A stretch of 64,000 bases of DNA from a virus. The stretch lies in the IMG/VR virus record IMGVR_UViG_3300049215_000223, positions 32,001-96,000 of that record; one strand, written 5' to 3'. The position numbers and the translations under genes were made by a program. Positions 54,628 to 64,000 of this stretch are shown in pieces. The notes beneath the pieces are model-generated. The model had not been told where the DNA came from. It did not search any database and worked only from the letters and a program-made list of their open reading frames with translations. The number at the start of each line of letters is the position of its first letter. The stretch's first letter is position 1.

Positions 54628-55010
54628 TTTTCTGTTTTCTCTTGGGAATCTGCTTCTTCAAATAGTGACCAACAATTTACTTCCATTTCCAAGTATAATT
54701 GTTTCCTTGGATCAAGTTCACGAAGGTCTCTTTTCAGCTTGTAGGTACACTTATACCATTCGGCTACTCGCTCGCCTTCAACGTATACTTGCATGGTTCC
54801 ATCCAAGTCATCTATAACCTGGATGCCGTAAGTAGCAAGGATACCTCGTAGTTTTATTCTTTGCTCAACCGACAAGGCGCTATCTGTCGTCCAAAATTCT
54901 TGGATCGGGACGCCCATTTGTTCGAGTATGCTTCGTAGAAAACGAGTCTTTTCTTCTTCCTCTACTTGCTTAGTATTCTCGCTGTGGTTGAGAAGTATTG
55001 TACCTTTCAT
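54624..55010 (-). CDS. Hypothetical protein
   Basis: 128 aa ORF, ATGA-coupled. Confidence 0.7.
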   Translation of the reverse strand: MKGTILLNHSENTKQVEEEEKTRFLRSILEQMGVPIQEFWTTDSALSVEQRIKLRGILATYGIQVIDDLDGTMQVYVEGERVAEWYKCTYKLKRDLRELDPRKQLYLEMEVNCWSLFEEADSQEKTEK

Positions 55011-55036
55011 CTCATTTTAATGCCGTACAATTAGTA

Positions 55037-57541
55037 TCAACATTTACTCCAGCCACAATTTGTACAGGTTAAGCACTTTTCCTGATAAGCAAATGAATTA
55101 TCTTTATTACAAGAAGGGCATTTTCTTTCCATAGTAGATTTAGTTCCATCCACAATGTAGTTCTTGAGCACTCTAGCAACTACTTTAGAAAATGATGTAA
55201 TTTCAGAATGTTTATCTTTTAGCAGCTGTTCTACTACGTATTGTAATGGAGTACCATGACGTAGTGCCAGGGAGATAGTACGAGTAAAGGCGCCGAAGGT
55301 AGTATTCTCAAAGACGTTCGCAATATCTTTGATTGTCATTTCATCTTCACCTTCACCAAGAATCAAATTATAAGTGGTTAATCCATCCACTTTACCATTC
55401 TTAGCAATTCTTCCAGTTTTGTATTTATTAGGAATATCGACATACTTAGAAAGTCCTCCGAATACTTCGTATGGTTTGCCATTGAGTACACCAACGAAGA
55501 TGGTCCACGCCTCTCCACTAATTCTAACCTTCTTAATATCACATGTAAGCGTTACAGGGCGCTTAGGAGCATCACAGATTTCAATATCTGTTGGTCTTCC
55601 ATCGACTTTCTTCTTGGCATCATCTTTGTTGATCAAAACACCATCTCTAGATTTATCACGATAGACAGTAAATCCTTTGCAGCCAGCTTCCCAAGCTCTC
55701 ATATAGACCTTGGATACTAATTCTTTGGTGGCATTTTCAGGAAGATTACAAGTCTTGCTGATGCTATGATCAACTGATTTTTGAGCAGCGGCTTGCATAT
55801 CAACAGATGCCATCCAATCAATTTCGTTAGAGGTAGCTCCCCAATATGGAGACTTCTCAACATTCGTCTCTCCAGTAGCATCCATCCACTTTTTGACGCC
55901 GTGATGATAAACTGTAAATTCTTGCCACTGATCACCCATAGCATCTACGAAGTCAACACGAGCATTCTTATCAGATGGGTTATGCTTCTTGCGACGAACA
56001 TAAGCAAGCATGTACACGGGCTCAATGCCAGAAGTAGTTTGGGTTAATGCGGAAACCGATCCGGCAGGAGCTGTAGTAGTATTAGCTATGTTGCGGCGAC
56101 CATACTTCTTCCACATCTTTTTAATTTCTGGAACACAGTCATCAAAAATACTATTGAGGTAGGGGTGATCCTTTTCTAATTCATAATCAAAAATTGGGAA
56201 AGCGCCTCTTTCCTTTGCTAGAATACAGGATGAAGAATGAGATCCGACTGCTAATGCACGATAGATTTTATAGGTCATGTCAACGGCAGACTTTTCCCCA
56301 TATTTGATTCCTAACATGGCTAAAGCGTCGCCTAATGCAGTAATGCCTAAACCAGTACGACGTCCGCTAATGTTCATAGCACGAATCTTTTTCCACAAAT
56401 TCAATTCTACCCGCTTTACTTCTTCGGGTTCAGGATCAGCCTTTACTTTGGCAATAATACGATCAATAGCTTCTAATTCTAAATCAATAATGTCATCCAT
56501 CAAGCGCTGAGCAATAATGGTATGTTGATGAAACTTTTTAAAATCGAAGACGGCATCTTTCGTGAAAGGATTTTTGACGTAAGATGAAAGGTTGAGAACC
56601 AGCAATCTGCAAGCATCATAGGCTGGTAGCACAATTTCTCCACACGGATTGGTACAGATCGATTTGTGACCAAATGCAGCATAAATGTCAGATGGAGTAT
56701 TTCTCTGAACTGTATCCCAAAACAAAAGACCCGGTTCGGCTGACGACCAAGCAGAGTCTATGATCTGATCCCATATGGATTTCATATGGACTTTCTTAAC
56801 TACCTTAGCTTCTTCGGGCTTTTTATCTACTGGCCAACGTAAACTATATTCTGATTCATTCTTGACAGCATTCATAAACTCATCACTGAGTCTAAGAGAA
56901 ATATTAGCGCCAGTTACTTTAGTCAAATCTCTTTTAATATTGATAAAGGTTTCAATCTCTGGATGGTTGCCATCTAGTGTTTGCATTTCTGCTCCACGAC
57001 GACCATTCTGAGCAACTTCACGACAGGTATTAGAATACCTCATCATAAAAACCGCTAGACCATCAGTGGTCTTGGCGGCGTTGTTAGTTACTACATCTTT
57101 GGGACGAATGCCGGAAATATCTAATCCGCACCCACCGCGACGCTTCATGATTTGTGCTAGCTCCTGATCGGCTAACATAATGCCGCCGTAAGAATCTAGT
57201 TTATCAGAATGCACCCCCTGAATGACAAAGCAATTAGAGAGACTTTGCATTTGATATGGATTTCCAATGGCAGACATTGGACTTCCTTGTGGTACGATAA
57301 ATTTAAAATGATCTAACAATGAAAAAATGTTTTCTTCAGAAATAGGATTGGGATATTTTTGTTCAATCCTGGCAAACTCCTTTGACAAGCGCTTGTGCAT
57401 GTCAGATGGAGTTAGCTCCAAATACTCACCTTTTAAGTTCTGCAAAGCATATTTGTCAACAAAAACTTTTGCCGCAAATTCGTCACCTTGAAAATACTCT
57501 GTTGATGCTTCCAAAACCTGAGAATAAGTGTATACACCCAT
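55037..57541 (-). CDS. nrdJ: Ribonucleotide reductase class II (B12-dependent)
   Basis: SLSNCF, RRGGCG, TNPCGEI, TTTAPAGS, GCKGFTVYRD, C-terminal TSCPD-like domain and Zn ribbon; no beta subunit adjacent. Confidence 0.9.
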   Translation of the reverse strand: MGVYTYSQVLEASTEYFQGDEFAAKVFVDKYALQNLKGEYLELTPSDMHKRLSKEFARIEQKYPNPISEENIFSLLDHFKFIVPQGSPMSAIGNPYQMQSLSNCFVIQGVHSDKLDSYGGIMLADQELAQIMKRRGGCGLDISGIRPKDVVTNNAAKTTDGLAVFMMRYSNTCREVAQNGRRGAEMQTLDGNHPEIETFINIKRDLTKVTGANISLRLSDEFMNAVKNESEYSLRWPVDKKPEEAKVVKKVHMKSIWDQIIDSAWSSAEPGLLFWDTVQRNTPSDIYAAFGHKSICTNPCGEIVLPAYDACRLLVLNLSSYVKNPFTKDAVFDFKKFHQHTIIAQRLMDDIIDLELEAIDRIIAKVKADPEPEEVKRVELNLWKKIRAMNISGRRTGLGITALGDALAMLGIKYGEKSAVDMTYKIYRALAVGSHSSSCILAKERGAFPIFDYELEKDHPYLNSIFDDCVPEIKKMWKKYGRRNIANTTTAPAGSVSALTQTTSGIEPVYMLAYVRRKKHNPSDKNARVDFVDAMGDQWQEFTVYHHGVKKWMDATGETNVEKSPYWGATSNEIDWMASVDMQAAAQKSVDHSISKTCNLPENATKELVSKVYMRAWEAGCKGFTVYRDKSRDGVLINKDDAKKKVDGRPTDIEICDAPKRPVTLTCDIKKVRISGEAWTIFVGVLNGKPYEVFGGLSKYVDIPNKYKTGRIAKNGKVDGLTTYNLILGEGEDEMTIKDIANVFENTTFGAFTRTISLALRHGTPLQYVVEQLLKDKHSEITSFSKVVARVLKNYIVDGTKSTMERKCPSCNKDNSFAYQEKCLTCTNCGWSKC

Positions 57542-57599
57542 AATTCACCCTTACGAGAATTAAGTTATTTAATCCGTTAAAACTAGTTCCGCTAGTTGT

Positions 57600-58229
57600 T
57601 TATATTTTGATGGTGTCTTTCATAGAGGAAAGAGCGCCGTTAATCATCTTTATGCAAGATAATCGAGATATACCTAACTTTTTGCATATCTTGTTAATCG
57701 ACATTGGTTTATCACCATCGAATCCAAATGCTAGATTAATGACTTCTTTCTGCCGTTGATTCAATACAGAGATTGCGCCGTGAATAGCCTGTGTAGCTTG
57801 AGACTCTTCCAGCTCTTTATCTGGACAGTATCTCTCCTCGATCATCAAAGGCATCACAGACTCTTTGTGAGGTGTGGTGTTCTTTGCGACCTTTAATGGA
57901 TATCTAATTGTGGTGTGCAAATTGGCGCTTCTAGAAATTCTAGTGTCGATGTATTTATGTGCCCACCAAAAGAAAGAACCCTTCTTAGGGTTGTAGTTGT
58001 TCATGGCTTTGATAAGAGCCTCGAACCCTTCTTGATTCAAATCATCATAATTGCTGAATGCCTTGTAACGACCAGTCTTCATGGTTACAAGGTATCTAAA
58101 CTTCTCCATGCAAACCTTTTCATGCCTCTTCAATTCATTAGTGATCTTTGGATCGGCAGTCTCTTTTACCTGCACTCTGAGATCAATTAATTTGGTCATA
58201 AGGTCTTGAGCTTCTTGTTCTGTTAGCAT
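57600..58229 (-). CDS. Phage-encoded RNA polymerase sigma factor (sigma70 regions 2 and 4)
   Basis: DDLNQEGFEALIKAMNNYNP..FFWWA; LNQRQKEVINLAFG..SINKICKKLGISR. Confidence 0.9.
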   Translation of the reverse strand: MLTEQEAQDLMTKLIDLRVQVKETADPKITNELKRHEKVCMEKFRYLVTMKTGRYKAFSNYDDLNQEGFEALIKAMNNYNPKKGSFFWWAHKYIDTRISRSANLHTTIRYPLKVAKNTTPHKESVMPLMIEERYCPDKELEESQATQAIHGAISVLNQRQKEVINLAFGFDGDKPMSINKICKKLGISRLSCIKMINGALSSMKDTIKI

Positions 58230-58320
58230 TCTTTTTTCTCGCTTAATGTCGAAAGTAAATGTATACTGGATTATTGATACGCACTAATAATATAGATAAA
58301 AAATCTGTAACGCCACGAAT

Positions 58321-58476
58321 TCACTTGGCGATTTGTTCCTCTAATAATTCAATGACTGACTCGATTGTGTTCTTAATGATCTCTTCATCATCTAAAGTTA
58401 GAGCCAATTTCAACAGGTCTGCCATTTGTTGCAGCTTCTGCTTTGTATCATCTGAATTTTTAGACTTCTTTGGCAT
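58321..58476 (-). CDS. Small hypothetical protein
   Basis: MPKKSK..EEQIAK; start uncertain. Confidence 0.55.
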   Translation of the reverse strand: MPKKSKNSDDTKQKLQQMADLLKLALTLDDEEIIKNTIESVIELLEEQIAK

Positions 58477-58480
58477 GGTA

Positions 58481-58699
58481 TTAACTGTAATTGTCCTTCG
58501 CCCAACCACCGCCATTCAGAATGAAGCTTCCACCACCTGCAATGAGTTTCTTAACTTTTTGAAAAGTTTTGCGACCACCAAGTGTTAAATCGCCTTCGGC
58601 TTCTGTCTCACATTGAGGACAATATTCCAACTCTTCATTGATAGAATGTTGATGTTCAAATTCTCCGTGAATTGGGCACTCATAAAGGTAGGTTGGCAT
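58481..58699 (-). CDS. FmdB-family Zn-ribbon protein
   Basis: MPTYLYEC..CPQC..KKLIAGGGSFILNGGGW; GAGG SD. Confidence 0.85.
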   Translation of the reverse strand: MPTYLYECPIHGEFEHQHSINEELEYCPQCETEAEGDLTLGGRKTFQKVKKLIAGGGSFILNGGGWAKDNYS

Positions 58700-58718
58700 T
58701 TTTCCTCTAATTTCTCTT

Positions 58719-58931
58719 TTAATATCGTAATCTAATTTCTCTTTTAATATTGTCAATTTCCATGCCAACTTTACTTAATTCTTCTCGAATCTTTTTAGTT
58801 TTGGCTAGTCTGTCCTCAAGTGACGATTTAAGATCATTTTCCACGCCCTCAATTTGCTCCAATAAATCTTGGACTGCCCAGCTGGCAGCGATTAATTGTG
58901 CGCGAAAATAAGAACGCTTCGTATTGCTCAT
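58719..58931 (-). CDS. Small coiled-coil protein
   Basis: 70 aa, ATGA-coupled. Confidence 0.65.
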   Translation of the reverse strand: MSNTKRSYFRAQLIAASWAVQDLLEQIEGVENDLKSSLEDRLAKTKKIREELSKVGMEIDNIKREIRLRY

Positions 58932-59266
58932 CTACGTCTATCTCTCTTTTGCTGATCCATTCTGGTTTGCAACTGCTGATACTTATCTTCACCTAGTAAG
59001 TTAGCATATACTTTTTCTTTTGCAGCAGCATCGCTCTTAAGAGTGCGAATATCTCCCTTAACCTTATCAACTAAATCTTGTCCGGTCAGCTCTACAGTGC
59101 CTCTACCAGAGCCACCGCTAATCAATCGCACAACCTGACCCTTGGCTTTGCACTTAGGACATTCGTCAGGAGTTGGTGCTTTAATGGAAAGCCACTCTTC
59201 CCATTCATGGTTGCATTGGGTTTCACCTTCTATTACTGCTCTACATTGAAATTCATAGGTTGGCAT
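58928..59266 (-). CDS. FmdB-family Zn-ribbon protein (second paralog)
   Basis: MPTYEFQC..CNHEWE..CPKC..VRLISGG. Confidence 0.85.
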   Translation of the reverse strand: MPTYEFQCRAVIEGETQCNHEWEEWLSIKAPTPDECPKCKAKGQVVRLISGGSGRGTVELTGQDLVDKVKGDIRTLKSDAAAKEKVYANLLGEDKYQQLQTRMDQQKRDRRR

Positions 59267-59267
59267 A

Positions 59268-59450
59268 TTATTCACTTTCTTCTACTAACGACTTATCTAT
59301 CAGTCTATATTCTATATCTTTAGTCCAGTTCTTTTTGATATCTTGCTTGTGCTTTTCATCTTTTACTTCAAAGACAATATAGAGCTTTCCGGTCTTTTCC
59401 TCATATTCAATACGCACAGCCTCAGCAACAATTTTTTCAGTACTACTCAT
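59268..59450 (-). CDS. Small hypothetical protein
   Basis: 60 aa, ATGA-coupled. Confidence 0.65.
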   Translation of the reverse strand: MSSTEKIVAEAVRIEYEEKTGKLYIVFEVKDEKHKQDIKKNWTKDIEYRLIDKSLVEESE

Positions 59451-60095
59451 AACATTTTCCTAAAATCATTTTCCCAAATACTAATAACAACATACCCATT
59501 CTCTTTTAATATTTTTTCTTTATTCAAAGTATTAGAATACATTTCTCCAAAAGTTTTTTTTAGTTACTTTGCAATAGCCATTTGGAGGATAAAATACCGG
59601 GTTGCCGTGCCAAAAATCTCCATAAAACTCATAAACTGTTTTAGTATTTTGATTAAATCCATCTACTCTAAATGTTATTTTACCTATCTTAATTGTTACC
59701 GATCTATGCTGTTTATCATCCGGTATGCCAATAAAATCTAGCCATTTAGATTCAATAGAAGAGATGACCCTATTACACTTCGGACATCCATGACCATCTA
59801 AATGATCGTTTGGTTTTTGATAAAATCTTCCATGTTTTTTGCATACTATTTCTATTGGCTCTTTTGCATTGTGGTAAATAGTAGTTGAGTAATTATATTT
59901 ACCATTGTGTTTTTGCTCAGCCATTATAATAAATTCTTGTGTGCTTAAAGTATTTTTAATTGCTCTAGTTTCACTTCCGCATTGTGGACAGCCACAGCCA
60001 AATAAATGCGATGCTATAGTTTGCTCAAATGCACCATGTTTTTTGCATTGTATTATGATTTTATCTTTATTGTTAACAAATTCTAAAGTTCTCAT
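59447..60095 (-). pseudogene. Zn-repeat (DUF723-like) endonuclease, 5'-truncated and frameshifted
   Basis: CKKHG..HL.G.GCP.C repeats, VDGF..YEFYGDFWHG; +1 shift in an A8 run (59554-59561) restores KTFGEMY..IWENDFRKML. Confidence 0.75.
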
Positions 60096-60706
60096 CCTCC
60101 ATAGATGAGTACGGTAATTCTGATTGCGGAATAATATGATCTAGCTGCCAAGTCCATGTCGTAGGGTCGTTATCGTCCCAGTGATCGGCTATATAAGTCC
60201 CACGATTATTCCAATTCATCCATGACTCAAATTGGGCTTCAATGTGATTTTTCAATTGCTCTATAGAATAATCTAAATACTGCAAACAAGATTTTCGATG
60301 TTTCGTACCATTTCGTGAGGAGAGCATTAGAGCAATAGCCCTGGAGACTGTGTTTCGCAGGGCAAACACGGCATCTACTTGTGCCTTCTTTCTTTTGTAT
60401 ACTAATTTTTGCGCAATTATCTTTTTCCTATTTAAAGAATAATACTTATGATCTTTTTCTTTATATGAGTCTATATTCTTTTTTCGGTGTACCTTTTGTT
60501 TTTGGCGGATCGTGCTCCTATTATCCTTGTAGTATTCTTTCTTTTTATCGAGCAGTTCTTTCTTATGTTCAGAACGATAATTTTCTTGATATGCTTTATT
60601 GCATTCCTTACATGTATTATCATACTTCTGCGTCTTTTTTATAAAACTAAAATAGCCATCATTAGTGTTCTTGTCCTGCCCGCATTTTATACAAGTTTTT
60701 TTTCAT
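60073..60706 (-). pseudogene. HNH endonuclease, frameshifted at the start and 3'-truncated
   Basis: ATG(60706)+A8 run, then KTCIKC..CKEC, K/E-rich helix, MNWNNRG, WQLDHIIP, ends ENFRIC* before the second HNH motif. Confidence 0.75.
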
Positions 60707-62106
60707 ATGTCCAACAATTCGATTTTCGTAGATATGTCATCTATATCACGCATCTCAAAGGTCGTTGGATCTTCCTCTACCTTATCGTCCAGTAGAGTGC
60801 CGCAAGCTAGATTTTTAATAATTCTGCCTTCACCCAATTCACCATCACGATTCTTGATCAAATGGTACTTCATATCTGGATAGCTTTTTTCATTAGGGCG
60901 GGTTTCGATTTGAACTGCAATGTTGGCATTCTGCATAATCAAAGCGGAACGACCAATACGATGCAATCCAATCTTATCCTCTTCCTTGGCACCCTTGGTA
61001 CGATTCAACTGAACTGCGCTTAGAACGATGCAGTTATGAACTCTTGCAAATTCATGAATCTTCTCTGCAATCTTACCTAGCTTCAGCCAGTCTTCCATAT
61101 CCGTGCCATCGTAATCCATCAATCCTAGATAGTCGATAACAATTATCTTAGGATCGAATTTAGCTTTAGCTTCTTCGTAGATTAGCTCCAGGCTTTCCAT
61201 GGTAGCGCCTCTAGGAATATCGATAATTTCAAATTCGTATGGATAATTATTGATGAACTTTAAAGACTTCTTTAGCTTACCGGCATCGTCTGGACCAAGC
61301 GTCGCATTTCTAATCTGCTTAGATGGGCTAGCTGACATTCTAGCTAACACACGATTCAAGCAAGGCTTGAATGGCATTTCTAAAGAGAAATACAACACGC
61401 TATTGCCAGGACCAAAATTACTGGTCATATCAATATTATTATTCTGCATCCAAATCTGAATTGCCATGTTCATCAATAACATGGACTTACCACCACCAGA
61501 TTCGCCACCAATGAGCAACAACTCTCCTGGACGCAAACCATCCGTTACACGATCTAGGTAGGAATAACCTGTAGTAATACCTTGGTCAAACTTGGGATCT
61601 TCTAACTTAGCATTATACTCTTCTCTAAAAATAGGAACAGCTTCTTTTAGAGTCTTACGTTCATATGCTTTTACTTGGCTCAATGACTTAATAGACTGAA
61701 CCGTCTTTTGCATATCTGTAATAGCTCTAGAAACATCCATGCTACCAGCCTCTAACTTAGAGAAGCTGTCCTTCATAGTTAGAATTTGTTTCTCAGCATA
61801 CCTTTTCTTAATCTTCTCTAAATCATGCTTATATTCTCTATCATCATAACTGATTCGATCAAGTTGTTCCCACATCTTTTTAACATGATCAATTAGTTTT
61901 TCATTGTTGCCTTTAGACAACTTCTCAACCATGACTCTTTGAGTTGGAACTTCCTTATAAGTACGGACATAGCTAACTGCTAGGTTGGCAAAATTCCATA
62001 CCTCGGGCACAAACAACTTTGGATCGCATTCATTTACGAAATCCAATGCATGCTTCTTATTTGTGACTAGTGTCTTTAGGATAACTAGATCTAACTCATT
62101 ACTCAT
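60703..62106 (-). CDS. dnaB: Replicative DNA helicase (DnaB-like)
   Basis: GITTGY, GGESGGGKS, FSLEM, IDYLGL, VQLNR, IKNRDG. Confidence 0.93.
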   Translation of the reverse strand: MSNELDLVILKTLVTNKKHALDFVNECDPKLFVPEVWNFANLAVSYVRTYKEVPTQRVMVEKLSKGNNEKLIDHVKKMWEQLDRISYDDREYKHDLEKIKKRYAEKQILTMKDSFSKLEAGSMDVSRAITDMQKTVQSIKSLSQVKAYERKTLKEAVPIFREEYNAKLEDPKFDQGITTGYSYLDRVTDGLRPGELLLIGGESGGGKSMLLMNMAIQIWMQNNNIDMTSNFGPGNSVLYFSLEMPFKPCLNRVLARMSASPSKQIRNATLGPDDAGKLKKSLKFINNYPYEFEIIDIPRGATMESLELIYEEAKAKFDPKIIVIDYLGLMDYDGTDMEDWLKLGKIAEKIHEFARVHNCIVLSAVQLNRTKGAKEEDKIGLHRIGRSALIMQNANIAVQIETRPNEKSYPDMKYHLIKNRDGELGEGRIIKNLACGTLLDDKVEEDPTTFEMRDIDDISTKIELLDI

Positions 62107-62492
62107 AGAGTTCCCTTTGGCAATTTGCCTGGCACATATGCTGACTTTCTATTTCTTTTAATAGGAATCAATAGTTTAGCATCTTCTTGTTCTTTTTTCC
62201 AAAGCTCTTCCTGAAAATGCTTCTTCAGTGCAACTGCATCAATAACAACATCAGAATCAGGAATGATGCCCGCTCTTTTAGCAATAGCATCAAATTCTTG
62301 CTGAGTCATGTGTGAAATTAATTCGGCAGCTACCATGGCTTCCGGGCAACCCGAACCATTTTCAGAGCCCCTAGCAACATCATCACCTTCCCTCATGAAC
62401 TTACAGTCACAAGGCTGCTTAGTATAAGAGCACAAGGCGGCAGATAATCTACACAGAGATTTCACTAATATTTCTTTTTTAGGACTATACAT
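62103..62492 (-). CDS. Hypothetical Cys-containing protein
   Basis: 129 aa, CSY..CDC..GC; coupled to dnaB. Confidence 0.65.
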   Translation of the reverse strand: MYSPKKEILVKSLCRLSAALCSYTKQPCDCKFMREGDDVARGSENGSGCPEAMVAAELISHMTQQEFDAIAKRAGIIPDSDVVIDAVALKKHFQEELWKKEQEDAKLLIPIKRNRKSAYVPGKLPKGTL

Positions 62493-63196
62493 TATTTCCT
62501 CTTTCTAAAATCTTCACCCATTACTGGGAATATTTTCAAATAGCCCTTCATCAAACTATCAATGCTCTCTTTGAGAGGACCATGAAAACTGGATACTACA
62601 TTGGGACTATTAGTACACATCAATGTAGGAATTTTGTTTTGGCTACGAGTCCTAAAGACACTTTCCAAACTACGAGCATATAGATTGGCTGCATTCTCTG
62701 AAGACATGAAGCGAGGATCGAATTCATCGATTGCCAAGAAGTCCACCAAAGCGAGTTCACGGCGAGCTATGTAGCGGTCTTCACCAGAAGCTTGCGTAAG
62801 GACAGATACTATATCACTCAGTGTGGTATACAGGCAGGTAAAACCTTTCTGACTTGCTTTTTTCAAGACGGCAGTTATTGTCATGGTTTTACCTAGACCA
62901 TGACCACCAGCAAAACAAATAGAAGATCCAGTAATATAAGAGTTTTTTAGATCAGCAATATATTCGTTGTATTTGGCGAGCAAACGAGAGTCGCCTACAA
63001 AGTCTCGATCCATCTTGAGAGTCCAATATTCAAGAGGAATATTACTTTCCGCATATCGATTGATGGCAATTAGTCTGACGTGCTTCTCGTCATCATTCAT
63101 CGACTGGTCGTTGCTTACGGCGTCCAGTGCCTCCTTGAGTTTGCGGGGCGGGATGTTGTTGAGCGCTTGACTTCTTGAAAAATCCGGGATATCCAT
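62492..63196 (-). CDS. DnaC/IstB-like ATPase (helicase loader)
   Basis: GGHGLGKT, FLAIDEF, TLMCTN; upstream of dnaB. Confidence 0.85.
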   Translation of the reverse strand: MDIPDFSRSQALNNIPPRKLKEALDAVSNDQSMNDDEKHVRLIAINRYAESNIPLEYWTLKMDRDFVGDSRLLAKYNEYIADLKNSYITGSSICFAGGHGLGKTMTITAVLKKASQKGFTCLYTTLSDIVSVLTQASGEDRYIARRELALVDFLAIDEFDPRFMSSENAANLYARSLESVFRTRSQNKIPTLMCTNSPNVVSSFHGPLKESIDSLMKGYLKIFPVMGEDFRKRK

Positions 63197-63668
63197 ATTC
63201 TACCTTCTTCACTTCATTTATATTATGGTCTTTTAGTTTGTCTTCAATGATCTTTCTATCAGCTTCAGCCATCATAATTCTAAGATCAGCTAGCCTTTTA
63301 ATGCGATTAGGATCACTACTTGGTTGTTCTAATACTTCTTCAAATTCAGCCTGAAGTTCTTCAGGATTGGTCCAAGTTATTCCACCATCTTTATAGGATA
63401 TAAAAGCACCACTTGGAGGATCTTCGTCAGATGGCGCAGGAACCCCAGTAATAGACTCGGCAGGCTCCTTGTAATCCTCCGCAATATCATCATCCAAAAC
63501 AATCTTAGTAAGCATTATATCTTGGTCTGGATGATGTATAATTAAAACACTTCCATGATCTAAAGATATTAGTTTAACATAATTGCCGAACCATTCTTCA
63601 ACAATACCTTCTGCTATTGCACCATTTCTAAGCAAACATTTAACGTGCTGTCCAGTCTCTGGAATCAT
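63093..63668 (-). CDS. Hypothetical protein
   Basis: 191 aa; 3' end overlaps the loader gene by 104 nt. Confidence 0.6.
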   Translation of the reverse strand: MIPETGQHVKCLLRNGAIAEGIVEEWFGNYVKLISLDHGSVLIIHHPDQDIMLTKIVLDDDIAEDYKEPAESITGVPAPSDEDPPSGAFISYKDGGITWTNPEELQAEFEEVLEQPSSDPNRIKRLADLRIMMAEADRKIIEDKLKDHNINEVKKVEYGYPGFFKKSSAQQHPAPQTQGGTGRRKQRPVDE

Positions 63669-64000
63669 ACGATCCTCCCTAATACCTCTACATCAAATCC
63701 CTCAGCAACTATCTTCTGGAAAGCCACAGATAATGCGACAGGCATTGGATCCATTTGAGATACGAATGCTAACTCGCCATATGTATTGATTACTGTGCCA
63801 GCTTCGGCAAAGGCTTTCTTATAGACATCTGGTAGCGGTGTAGAGCGATCTACATTAAGATTCTTTTTACCCTTCAACAAAATGTTCATCTTATAGTCTT
63901 GCACTACACCTTCATGTGTCATGAAAGAAATAGAAGTCAAACGCCTCTTAGCTTGCACCACCTTGGTCTCATAAATCCAATCAATATATTCTTTTAGGAT
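63665..64000 (-). CDS. Hypothetical protein, 5'-truncated by the window edge
   Basis: Frame stays open to 64000 (ILKEYIDWIYETKVVQAKRR..). Confidence 0.65.
   Translation of the reverse strand: MLKEYIDWIYETKVVQAKRRLTSISFMTHEGVVQDYKMNILLKGKKNLNVDRSTPLPDVYKKAFAEAGTVINTYGELAFVSQMDPMPVALSVAFQKIVAEGFDVEVLGRIV

Noticed and set aside
55037-62106. Inteins or introns in nrdJ or dnaB
   Set aside because: Lengths and motif spacing are normal; no intein C/S..HN termini or embedded endonuclease
63093-63196. 104-nt overlap between the 191-aa ORF and the DnaC-like gene as a programmed dual-coding region
   Set aside because: The overlapping tail is low-information; a lost stop codon or a later loader start explains it equally well and cannot be resolved here

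Overview
This window looks like part of a large (jumbo-type) tailed phage genome. It is about 35% GC by eye, apart from a ~62% GC left end (1-1150). There is no integrase, CRISPR array, rRNA or tRNA that I can see. Sigma54-type promoter boxes and a myxobacterial-style FGE-sulfatase lipoprotein point to a Myxococcota-like host (inference). Layout: (1) a left-end regulatory region with four face-to-face sigma54 double boxes; (2) two secreted proteases; (3) a 17.5 kb array (3385-20951) of about 34 divergent, mostly Zn-ribbon genes, largely chained by ATGA stop/start overlaps, all ending in one helix with a penultimate Phe (..KLKTYLIFS-COOH), with a phage release factor 2 embedded; two more tagged genes lie elsewhere; (4) nucleotide metabolism and host-takeover genes (dut, HD hydrolase, SET methyltransferase, two DEDDh exonucleases, IF1, GuaC/GuaB-like, thyA, folA); (5) virion fibre/spike genes; (6) GT-like, HAD, macrodomain, MetAP, PIN-PhoH, class II RNR, a sigma factor, decayed homing endonucleases, and a DnaB helicase with a DnaC-like loader. 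The strongest candidate for an undescribed system is the C-terminally tagged Zn-ribbon array. All counts and alignments were done by hand, with no database searches.
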